From assembly GCA_003696955.1 (NCBI GenBank), contig RFGU01000007.1, positions 1-10,397 of the forward strand: DNA of 10,397 nt, written 5' to 3'. The translations under genes and the position numbers were made by a program. Origin of the DNA: Deltaproteobacteria bacterium (GTDB lineage: Bacteria > Myxococcota_A > Polyangia > Nannocystales > Nannocystaceae). This document shows, one piece after another, positions 1 to 6,719 of this stretch. The notes below the pieces were generated by a model. It ran no database searches. It saw only the letters and a list, made by a program, of their open reading frames with translations, and had not been told where the DNA came from. Positions within the stretch are counted from its first letter, which is position 1, and the number at the start of each line of letters is the position of its first letter.

Positions 1-786
1 GCCGTGCAGGAAGTCGACGAGGGACGCGATCGCGACGTCCTCGACCCGCACGAGGCGTTCGCCCTCGAAGAACTGCTCGAGCCAACCGTACGCCCCGTGG
101 TCCCCGAGCGTTCGCATCCGTCCCTCGAAGACCCCCTCGAAGGTGTTGGTGACGGTCTCCGTCTTCTCGCGGGGGATCGCCACGAAGAGGCTTCCGCCCG
201 CCTCGACGATGCGGCGGTATCCGATGAACCGCTTCTTGGTCTCGAGCCGTACGGCGTTCTGCACGTCCGGGGTTCCGCGCAGCCGCACGAACCGGTTGTC
301 GAGCCCCGGCGGCATCTTGCCGTCCACGAGGATCTCGCTGACGTGGCCGAGATCCTCAGGGGTGTCCGGCCGCAACCAGTAGCGAAAGTCCGGCCACATG
401 GTGGCGAGCATGTAGAGGCCGACGGCGATCACGACGAGGGACAGGGCCGGGGACCGGCCGCCCCGGCGCGGCAGTTCCACGGGCGCATCGTCGTGGCCCA
501 TCCGGGCGAGCACCCCGTCGATGCCGTGTCGAGCGAGCAGATCGAAGTCCGCATCGCCCTCGTCGGCTGCGTCGTCGGCGGCCGGAGGGACCGACTCGGC
601 CGCTCGGGCGTCGTCGGCGCCGTCTTGCGTGCGGTCGGGACGCTCCGGTCCTTGGACCTCCGGTCCGTCGGGGGGCTCGGAAGGGGCGGGCACGGTCGGG
701 GTCGGATCTACCACGCTCGCAACGACCGACCACCACGGAGCGCGGATGTTCCCGTCCAACCGCAACCACCGTGCGACATTGCGCAT
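1..786 (-). CDS. Hypothetical single-pass membrane protein, partial (3' end beyond window start). It has an acidic Pro/Asp-rich N-terminal region, one TM helix (LSLVVIAVGLYMLATMW) and a C-terminal extracytoplasmic domain (…DNRFVRLRGTPDVQNAVRLETKKRFIGYRRIVEAGGSLFVAIPREKTETVTNTFEGVFEGR…).
   Basis: Not in the ORF track because its stop lies outside the window. I translated the reverse complement in the codon register of + ORF 4..927. The frame is continuously open from 786 down to position 1 with very high GC3 (about 85-90%), and the listed + ORF 4..927 is its same-register antisense shadow. Start candidates are ATG 786..784 (MRNVARWLRLDG…), GTG 714..712 and ATG 501..499. There is no clear SD, so the start is uncertain. 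I recognise no family. Confidence 0.55.
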   Translation of the reverse strand, partial: MRNVARWLRLDGNIRAPWWSVVASVVDPTPTVPAPSEPPDGPEVQGPERPDRTQDGADDARAAESVPPAADDAADEGDADFDLLARHGIDGVLARMGHDDAPVELPRRGGRSPALSLVVIAVGLYMLATMWPDFRYWLRPDTPEDLGHVSEILVDGKMPPGLDNRFVRLRGTPDVQNAVRLETKKRFIGYRRIVEAGGSLFVAIPREKTETVTNTFEGVFEGRMRTLGDHGAYGWLEQFFEGERLVRVEDVAIASLVDFLHG

Positions 787-833
787 ATCGCGCAATGGTC
801 CCGCATCCGGCCGCCATCAAGGATCCTCCCGCC

Positions 834-2474
834 TTGGTCGAACTCCTCGGGGTGCGACGGTCGATCCTGTGCTGCGCCGCCGTGTGCGCGCTTCCAGCGA
901 CCGCGCGGGCCTCGCCTCGAGCCGTGACCACCGAGGATCTCGTCGCCGTGCGCCGTGCCGACGTGCTGCCCCACGGCGCCGTGTCGTCGCGACTGGTCAC
1001 CGAGTACGGGGAGCGCCTCGACCGACGTGCGCGAACTGCCCAGGGCGGTGCGATCTTCACGCGCGGCGTCTTCTCCGAGGCCACCTTCGCGGTCGGATTG
1101 TTCGATCACCTCCAGCTCGAGGCCGGCCTGCCCCTCGTCCTCATGCAGCGGGGCACGACCCTGCGCGACGACGATCCGGCCGCCGGCACCGAACCCCTCG
1201 ACGGCGCAGGGCTCGGTGACGTCAGTTTCGGTGCGGCCGGGACCTTCCTCGCCCTGCCCGCCCGGGGCGTCGGACTCGGCGCCGCCTTCGACGTCGTGGC
1301 CCCCACGGCAACGCTTCGCACCGCAACGTACGAGCGGGGCTTCCGCTACGTTCCCCAACTTACGTTCTCGGGCCGCGGCGGCCGCTTCGAGTTCCACGCG
1401 GCCGCCGGCTACATCGTGCGCCCGAAGCAGCGCATCGGAGAGATCGTCGTGGACGATGCGGTCACCTATGGCCTCGGAACCCGCGTCCCCCTCGGACGGC
1501 GCAAGGCGGTGGCGTTCCTGTCCGAGGCGTCCGGGGAGATCGCCGTGGACCGCCGGGGGGCCGATCCCTTGACCCTGCGGATCGCCGTGGAGGTACGCAC
1601 GCGCCGCGGTCCCACGTTCCTGCTCGGCGCCTTCGGGTCCCCCCTCCTCGCCCCCGGAGCGGCCTCCGTGGGGGCGACGTTCGGCATCGGATACGCCCCC
1701 CCCCATCGCGTCGGCCGGTCCCGTACGTTCGAGGAGGTCCCCCGCCTGTCCACGGCCTCCCTCATCGCCCGGCACCGCGCGTTCGTGCCCGCCGAAACGG
1801 CCGGGTCCGAGAACGACCGCCGCCTCGCCGACGCAAGCGACCCCGACGGCGACGGCATCGTGGCCGAGGCCGACGCCTGCCCCACCGTCGCGGAGGACCC
1901 CGACGGCTTCATGGACGGCGACGGATGCCCCGACCGGGACGACGACCTCGACGGCCTCGCCGACGGGGCCGACGCGTGCCCGCGGGCACCGGAGGTCGTC
2001 AACGGCTTTTCCGACGACGACGGATGCCCGGACGTGGTCGTCGGCGGAGAGGGCAGAACCCTGGCCTCGTTGGACCCCGACGCCGTACTGCCTCGACTGG
2101 TCTTCGACGCCGAACGCAGCGACGCGAACGACGCCCTGCGCTCGGCGGTCCGTGACCTCGCGGAGATCCTCCGCTTGAACCCGTGGATCGACCGGGTCGA
2201 ACTCGAGATCCGCGTGCAGGACGCCGGCGATCCGGCCCGTGCCGCACACCTCGCCGAGCTGCGCGCCCGTCTGCTGACGCACCTGCTGACCCGCGAGGGG
2301 ATCCCGCCCGATCGCTTCGGGTTCCTGCCCGCACGGACCGTGCCGCGGGGGCACCCGGTACGCGTGGGGATGCGGATCCGCGCGACGTCCCCCGAGCCGC
2401 CCCCGGCCCCCTCCTCCCGCATCGCCACGGGCTACGGAGCGCCGACGGCGGGCGCGGCCCCGTCACCCCGGTAG
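834..2474 (+). CDS. OmpA-family outer-membrane protein with thrombospondin type-3 (TSP3) Ca-binding repeats and a C-terminal OmpA-like peptidoglycan-binding domain.
   Basis: Long high-GC3 ORF (track 771..2474). The signal peptide is RRSILCCAAVCALPATARA|SP. The β-rich middle region has alternating hydrophobic residues. Asp-rich repeats DPDGDGIVAEADACP / DPDGFMDGDGCPD / DDDLDGLADGADACP / DDDGCPD are typical of TSP3 repeats in bacterial OmpA-like proteins. The C-terminal region …NPWIDRVELEIRVQDAGDPARAAHLAELRARLLTHLLTREGIPPDRFGF… matches the OmpA_C pattern (N…LS…RA…V…L…G). Start chosen at TTG 834, which is preceded by AAGGAT at 819-824. GTG 852 (MRRSIL…) is an equally plausible start. The track start at 771 is unlikely (GC3 is lower over 771-833, and it would clash with divergent gene 1). 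Confidence 0.8.
   Translation: MVELLGVRRSILCCAAVCALPATARASPRAVTTEDLVAVRRADVLPHGAVSSRLVTEYGERLDRRARTAQGGAIFTRGVFSEATFAVGLFDHLQLEAGLPLVLMQRGTTLRDDDPAAGTEPLDGAGLGDVSFGAAGTFLALPARGVGLGAAFDVVAPTATLRTATYERGFRYVPQLTFSGRGGRFEFHAAAGYIVRPKQRIGEIVVDDAVTYGLGTRVPLGRRKAVAFLSEASGEIAVDRRGADPLTLRIAVEVRTRRGPTFLLGAFGSPLLAPGAASVGATFGIGYAPPHRVGRSRTFEEVPRLSTASLIARHRAFVPAETAGSENDRRLADASDPDGDGIVAEADACPTVAEDPDGFMDGDGCPDRDDDLDGLADGADACPRAPEVVNGFSDDDGCPDVVVGGEGRTLASLDPDAVLPRLVFDAERSDANDALRSAVRDLAEILRLNPWIDRVELEIRVQDAGDPARAAHLAELRARLLTHLLTREGIPPDRFGFLPARTVPRGHPVRVGMRIRATSPEPPPAPSSRIATGYGAPTAGAAPSPR
1839..2034 (+). repeat. Protein-level TSP3-like Asp-rich calcium-binding repeat block (four D-x-D-x-D-G-x-x-D-x-C-P units) inside the OmpA-family gene.
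   Basis: Directly visible repeated gaccccgacggc / gacggcgacgg…tgcccc units encoding DPDGDG…ACP motifs. Confidence 0.6.
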
Positions 2475-5446
2475 ACCCATACGACCCTGCGTCCTTCCAC
2501 GCCCCCCCGGCTGCGGGCCACGATCTCGATGCGGTTCTGCCCCGGTGCAACGGGCACCGAGAAACGAAACGGCAAGCTCTCCGGTGCCGCGGTGCCGGGC
2601 CTTGCGGACACGTAGTCCCGCTTCTCCTCCCAGGCCCCCGTTCGCAACCCCCGCGTCGTCACGTAGGCGTCGACGACCCCTTCGCTCGCCACGGCGCGGC
2701 CCGCCACCACCACGTGATCGGCGTCGGTCCGGGGCGCGAGGTCCTCGACGAAGATCCGAGGCGGCACGAGGGCCGGGTCGACCGTCGGCGACACTGGGCG
2801 CGCCTGCTGCGAAACGGCTTCGACGAGATCGGACGGCACGAACCCCACCACCCCGCGGCGACGGTCGCCCACGGCGAGATAGGGCCCGACACGACCACGA
2901 ATGGCGAGCAACGTCCCGGCCTGGATCTCGGCACGCGGCCGCGCCTGGGCGGCTGCCGCCGCCAGCAGATGTGCGTCGACCCTCGTGCGCACCCGCCCGA
3001 ACGTGGGTACGAACGTCCACGACGCCCCGTGCACGGGAAGATCGACCCGGTGTTCGAAGGCAACGCCCGTGCCGCCGTCGAACACCAGCACGTCGAAGGA
3101 GAGGTGATCGGCGCCTCCCGCCGCCGCATCACTCGCCCCTGCCAACGCTACGCCGACGTCTCCATGACCCGACTCCCCCGGCCGCAGGGGACCGATCGCG
3201 ACCTCGTCCCGATCGAACTCCGCCTTGGGCCCAAGGCGGGGATGAAGGCGGACCCGCACGTCGCCGGCGGGAACGTCCCCCGCGTTCGTCACGTCGAAGT
3301 GCAGCCACACCCTTTCTCCGGGTGCGGCCACGCCGTCCCCGTTGCCCTCGACCCGTGCGGCATGCCCCCGCGGAACGAGGGTCGGCGCGTCGAGCACCCG
3401 TACGTCGGCGACGAGGTAGGGCGCCCCGGCGGCTTCGAGATCCAGCGGCACGCGCATCGCGGCGACGCTCGGCCGCCCGCCCGCGCCCACTGCGACGGTG
3501 AGTTCGTCGTGGGCCGGTGCGAGCACGATCCCGACGGGCACCTCCACCCGTACGCGCTTGCGCCCACCCGGCGAGATCCGCCCGACGAGCACCTCGGTAC
3601 GTCCAATCTCAGGGTGCTCACCCTTCACGGTGACGTAGACGCGCCGCGCCGGCAGCTTCGCCCGGTTGACGATCTCCACGTCGAGGCGCGCAGCGGCCCC
3701 GGCCTCGACGGGTGTCTCGGAAGATCGACGGATGCGAACCTCGAGCGCCTCCGGCGGGGCGGACGACCCGTCGCGCCAATCGATGCCCCGCTCGGCGAGC
3801 ACCCGTTCGAGCCGGGCGGACGCATCGGCCGCCACCTCGGCGATGGCATCCGAGACCGAACCGCTGCGTAGGCGCTCGGCGAGATCGGTCGCGATCTCCA
3901 CCTCGGGGTCGCCGTTCATCGCCGCTCCCGCCGCCGCGTCGTGCACGACGTAGGCGATCTCCACGCCCGGCCCCGAAGGGGTCGCCGACGACCGGGCGCC
4001 GGGCACGCCCCGCAGGCGCCCCCGCTGCCTTCGTGACTCGAACCGCTCCTCGTCGTGGAACACGGCCACACCCGGACGGTCACCGAGCACCACCGGCGTC
4101 AAGCCGACGGCGGGCACGAGGCCGACTCCGTCGATGGGGCGATCCCCGTGGAGCCGATACTCCGCAACGGAGATCTTGAGCCCGATGCGTCGCCCCGCGA
4201 CCTCCGTGGGTTGCAGCACCTGCACGGTCCCTTTGCCGAAGGTGCCGCGGCCGACGACGAGCGCGCGATCGTGGGCCGCAAGCCCACCGGCGAGGACCTC
4301 GGCGGCGCTCGCCGACCGCTCGTCGACGAGCACGACGACGGGCACCTGCGCCGGGACGGCGAGTTCCTCGGAGGCCTCCGCACGCTCGACGCCCCGGGCC
4401 GTGTGTACGCGCACCAGGTCGCCAGTGGTCACGAACGCATCGAGCAGGTCGGTCGCCTCCGTCAACAGTCCCCCTTCGTTGCCCCGTAGATCGAGGACGA
4501 CGGCGGTCGCACCGGCCGCGAGCAAATCCTCGATCGCCTTGCGCGCCCGTTCGTTCGTGCCCTTCTGGAAGGCACGGATCTCCACGTAGGCCACGCGATC
4601 GCCCTGCATGGACGAAGCGACGTCGGGCAGCCGAATCGTGTCTCGCACGATGGAGAAGCGGTGGATCGTGCCCTCGCGCAACACTTCCACGTCGACGGAC
4701 TCGCCCACCGGACCACGCAGCAGGTCCCGTACCTCGGTCGTCCGCATCCCGACGACCGACCAACCGTCGACCGTGCGGATCAGGTCGCCTGCAACGATGC
4801 CAGCCCGCGCCGCCGGGCCGTCCTCGACGACGCTGGCCACGAGCACGCCGCCTCGCCGCCGAACGATCTCCGCGCCGATGCCCCCGAACACGCCTTCCGT
4901 GCGCACCGAAAGCTCCGAGAACGCGTCGGGAGGAAGCAGCACCGTGTGTGGATCGAGGGCGACGAAGAGCGCATTCGTCGCATCGTAGACCAAGTCCCAT
5001 GCCTCCTCGGCATCGAGGTGGGCGGAGCCCTCGATCTCGGACAGTACCCGACCGAGCACTTGGGCGGCATCGGTCAGCGTCACCAGCGACTCGACCGGCA
5101 CGCGCGTCGTCCGCCCACGCACCGTCACCTCGACCACGCCCGCGCCAGGGATCCGGCGCGCCAAGAGTTCTGGGCGCACGAGGGCCAGCCGCCCGAGGGC
5201 GACGTCCAGCAACGTGCTCGGCGGCACCCTGTCCGGGTCGTGGTGCCAGCGCCCGACCATGTGGGCGGCCCACGCCAGAACCGGATACTCGGCGTGTTCG
5301 AGATCGAGCCCGACGTCCGACGGACGTTCGGCGACCGCCCCGGTCGCCGCGGACCGCTCCGCCGCGTGGCCCCCGTCGGGAGGAACCCGCCCGCACGCCG
5401 ACAGCGCCAGGATCGTGCACAACAAAGATGCGCACCATGCGCGCAT
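2432..5446 (-). CDS. S41-family C-terminal processing (tail-specific) peptidase, lipoprotein. It has a PDZ domain and an S41 catalytic domain, followed by a roughly 550 aa C-terminal extension with CARDB/Ig-like β-sandwich repeats.
   Basis: ORF track 2432..5524. The PDZ segment is GIGAEIVRRRGGVLVASVVEDGPAARAGIVAGDLIRTVDG. S41 signatures are present: LDLRGNEGG, the Ser motif DERSASAAEVLAGGL and the Lys motif GRGTFGKGTVQ, so the Ser/Lys dyad is intact. The likely true start is ATG 5446..5444, giving the lipoprotein signal MRAWCASLLCTILALSAC| (lipobox LSAC), preceded by GACGGGAGCC. The 26 codons upstream in the track ORF are probably not translated. The C-terminal extension contains repeated β-sandwich-like segments (VEIVNRAKLPARRVYVTVKG…; VWLHFDVTNAGDVPAGDVRVRLHP…). 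Confidence 0.85.
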   Translation of the reverse strand: MRAWCASLLCTILALSACGRVPPDGGHAAERSAATGAVAERPSDVGLDLEHAEYPVLAWAAHMVGRWHHDPDRVPPSTLLDVALGRLALVRPELLARRIPGAGVVEVTVRGRTTRVPVESLVTLTDAAQVLGRVLSEIEGSAHLDAEEAWDLVYDATNALFVALDPHTVLLPPDAFSELSVRTEGVFGGIGAEIVRRRGGVLVASVVEDGPAARAGIVAGDLIRTVDGWSVVGMRTTEVRDLLRGPVGESVDVEVLREGTIHRFSIVRDTIRLPDVASSMQGDRVAYVEIRAFQKGTNERARKAIEDLLAAGATAVVLDLRGNEGGLLTEATDLLDAFVTTGDLVRVHTARGVERAEASEELAVPAQVPVVVLVDERSASAAEVLAGGLAAHDRALVVGRGTFGKGTVQVLQPTEVAGRRIGLKISVAEYRLHGDRPIDGVGLVPAVGLTPVVLGDRPGVAVFHDEERFESRRQRGRLRGVPGARSSATPSGPGVEIAYVVHDAAAGAAMNGDPEVEIATDLAERLRSGSVSDAIAEVAADASARLERVLAERGIDWRDGSSAPPEALEVRIRRSSETPVEAGAAARLDVEIVNRAKLPARRVYVTVKGEHPEIGRTEVLVGRISPGGRKRVRVEVPVGIVLAPAHDELTVAVGAGGRPSVAAMRVPLDLEAAGAPYLVADVRVLDAPTLVPRGHAARVEGNGDGVAAPGERVWLHFDVTNAGDVPAGDVRVRLHPRLGPKAEFDRDEVAIGPLRPGESGHGDVGVALAGASDAAAGGADHLSFDVLVFDGGTGVAFEHRVDLPVHGASWTFVPTFGRVRTRVDAHLLAAAAAQARPRAEIQAGTLLAIRGRVGPYLAVGDRRRGVVGFVPSDLVEAVSQQARPVSPTVDPALVPPRIFVEDLAPRTDADHVVVAGRAVASEGVVDAYVTTRGLRTGAWEEKRDYVSARPGTAAPESLPFRFSVPVAPGQNRIEIVARSRGGVEGRRVVWVYRGDGAAPAVGAP

Positions 5447-5617
5447 GGCTCCCGTCGGGCGTGCGAGCGGGCGTTGGCACGTCACGCCTCCAACATAGCC
5501 GGTGCAACGGTCCGGCGTGCACACACCGTTGCAACGAATCGCGTACCATGAAGCTACGAATCACATCAACGAGCCATCTGGACGCACCACCTACGATGAC
5601 ACCACAACGGGATCACG
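5447..5617. promoter_or_regulatory. Divergent intergenic region (ctp-like gene leftwards, small lipoprotein gene rightwards), locally AT-richer, containing a repeated palindromic motif (ccGGTGCAACGG at 5499-5510 and ccGTTGCAACG at 5527-5536).
   Basis: 171 bp between two divergent start codons. GC content here is visibly lower than the flanking coding DNA. GTTGCAAC is a perfect 8-bp palindrome, and a near-copy lies 27 bp upstream. I could not identify confident -10/-35 hexamers. Confidence 0.35.
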
Positions 5618-6169
5618 ATGGCACGAAATCCGCATATCCTCCGTGCCGTGCGAGCCTTCGGCACCGTTCTCTTGATGACCGCCGTCCTGGGATCCACGGC
5701 CGGCGGATGTGCCGATGCTCCCATCGAGGCGCGTGATCTCCGTCCGGACGGGCAACTGCGCCCCACCGTGTACCGCCAGGCCGGTTTCTCGGTCGTGGAC
5801 ACGCCGCGCGAGCAGCGCCCCGTCACGGTGTCCGCAGTCCTCGCCAACGATGCGGACGGGCGCGTCTCGGACGCGACCACCTTCGTCGCCGGCCACGGCG
5901 CCGTGCACCTGCACATGCGCGCAGACGGCCTCACGGCGCCGCGCACGGTGCTCTTTCGCTGGTCGCGTCGGGACACCGGAGACTTCACCGAATCCCTCGG
6001 TGTCCTGTCGGCCGAGCCGGTGCTGCGCCGCGTCGCGTCCTTCGACCTCCACCGCGCCGAACCCGGCCCCTGGCGCGTCGAGGTCCTCGGGCTCCCCATC
6101 GACGGGGAGGCCCCGCCCGTTCTCTATGCCCGTGATTTCGAGGTCGTTCGTCCCGATCCTGCACCGTGA
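5618..6169 (+). CDS. Hypothetical small secreted protein or lipoprotein (183 aa), probably a single β-rich domain.
   Basis: ORF track 5618..6169. GC3 is high. The N-terminus is MARNPHILRAVRAFGTVLLMTAVLGSTAGGC|AD, a signal peptide with Cys after a hydrophobic core (the lipobox AGGC is non-canonical at -3). A weak SD (ACGGGAT) lies upstream. A strong intrinsic terminator follows 30 bp downstream. I recognise no family. Confidence 0.6.
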   Translation: MARNPHILRAVRAFGTVLLMTAVLGSTAGGCADAPIEARDLRPDGQLRPTVYRQAGFSVVDTPREQRPVTVSAVLANDADGRVSDATTFVAGHGAVHLHMRADGLTAPRTVLFRWSRRDTGDFTESLGVLSAEPVLRRVASFDLHRAEPGPWRVEVLGLPIDGEAPPVLYARDFEVVRPDPAP

Positions 6170-6199
6170 ATCCTCGAGGTGCCCCTGGTGAGTCGTCGG

Positions 6200-6231
6200 C
6201 GCCCGCAGACCCCTGCGGGCGTCGTTTTTTG
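6200..6231 (+). terminator. Rho-independent terminator: 9-bp GC-rich stem (CGCCCGCAG / CTGCGGGCG), 4-nt loop ACCC, then TCG + TTTTTT.
   Basis: Read directly: 6200-6208 cgcccgcag, loop 6209-6212, 6213-6221 ctgcgggcg with perfect complementarity, then U-tract 6225-6230. It lies 30 nt after the stop of the 5618..6169 gene. Confidence 0.7.
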
Positions 6232-6280
6232 TGCCCCGCGTCTTGCCACGTCACCGACTTGCCGTAGGCTTGGCCTCGCC

Positions 6281-6652
6281 ATGGCCGACGACTCGTTGAC
6301 CCGCGAAGAAGCCGAGGTGTTCGCGCGAGGGCTCTACCATCTCGCAACCTTGGACGGCATCACACCGGACGAGCAGCGCCTGCTCGAGGAATTCGTCGAA
6401 GAGACGGGGCTCGGAACCTCCATCTCCGATCTGGCGGACCCGCCGTTTTCGCCCATCGAGGCCGCCCAGGTGCTCGAGACCTCCTTCCTGCGCCACCTCT
6501 TCCTCAAGACGGCCGTGGCCATGGTCCACGCCGACGGCCACTACTCGGACGCCGAGCGCCGTGCCCTCGGGGAGATCGCCGACGCCTTCGGCATCTCCGC
6601 GGCCGACTTCGCCATGATCGAACAGGAGGGGGAGCGCGCCTCCTTGACCTGA
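6281..6652 (+). CDS. TerB-like (tellurite-resistance TerB family) small protein, about 123 aa.
   Basis: Track ORF 6179..6652, but the first 34 codons overlap the upstream terminator and are Arg/Pro-rich. The real start is most likely ATG 6281 (MADDSLTREEAEVFARGLYHLATLDGITPDEQRLLEEF…VAMVHADGHYSDAERRALGEIADAFGISAADFAMIEQE). It shows the two half-repeats with the (A/L)xDG…E…L pattern characteristic of the TerB fold. The SD is weak, and a possible -35 TTGCCA (6243-6248) lies upstream. Confidence 0.65.
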   Translation: MADDSLTREEAEVFARGLYHLATLDGITPDEQRLLEEFVEETGLGTSISDLADPPFSPIEAAQVLETSFLRHLFLKTAVAMVHADGHYSDAERRALGEIADAFGISAADFAMIEQEGERASLT

Positions 6653-6706
6653 CCTCGGGAATGGGACGGCGCCGAGTGCTGTCTCCAACACGGATCGACG
6701 GACCCA

Positions 6707-6712
6707 AAGGAG
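6707..6712 (+). promoter_or_regulatory. Shine-Dalgarno AAGGAG, 7 nt upstream of ATG 6720.
   Basis: Seen directly: cccaAAGGAGcaccgacATG. Confidence 0.6.
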
Positions 6713-6719
6713 CACCGAC

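Noticed and set aside
4-927. 307-aa + ORF (MQEVDEGRDRDVLD…)
   Set aside because: Same-register antisense shadow of the real minus-strand gene at 1..786. Its composition is dominated by D/E/R/V/L and third positions are not GC-biased, whereas the complementary frame has GC3 around 85-90%.
708-2354. 548-aa minus ORF overlapping the OmpA-family gene
   Set aside because: Gly/Arg/Ala/Glu-rich with no domain-like segments. It is the antisense shadow of the + OmpA gene, which has clear signal peptide, TSP3 and OmpA_C features.
2183-3871. 562-aa + ORF, plus + ORFs 2545..3501, 4055..4489, 4661..5551, 4948..5736 and the − ORF 4080..5564
   Set aside because: Arg/Pro-rich antisense or out-of-frame shadows inside the ctp gene. 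The ctp frame carries intact PDZ/S41 motifs and a lipoprotein signal.
5474-5490. TTGGCACG resembling the -24 element of a sigma-54 promoter (common in myxobacteria)
   Set aside because: The required GC of the -12 element is not at the obligatory spacing (GG to GC distance is 10 instead of 12), and there is no TTGC.
5447-5524. 26-codon N-terminal extension of the ctp ORF in the track (MCTPDRCTGYVGG…)
   Set aside because: The downstream ATG at 5446 begins a canonical lipoprotein signal peptide with a lipobox. The extension is Cys/Thr-rich and would bury the signal peptide.
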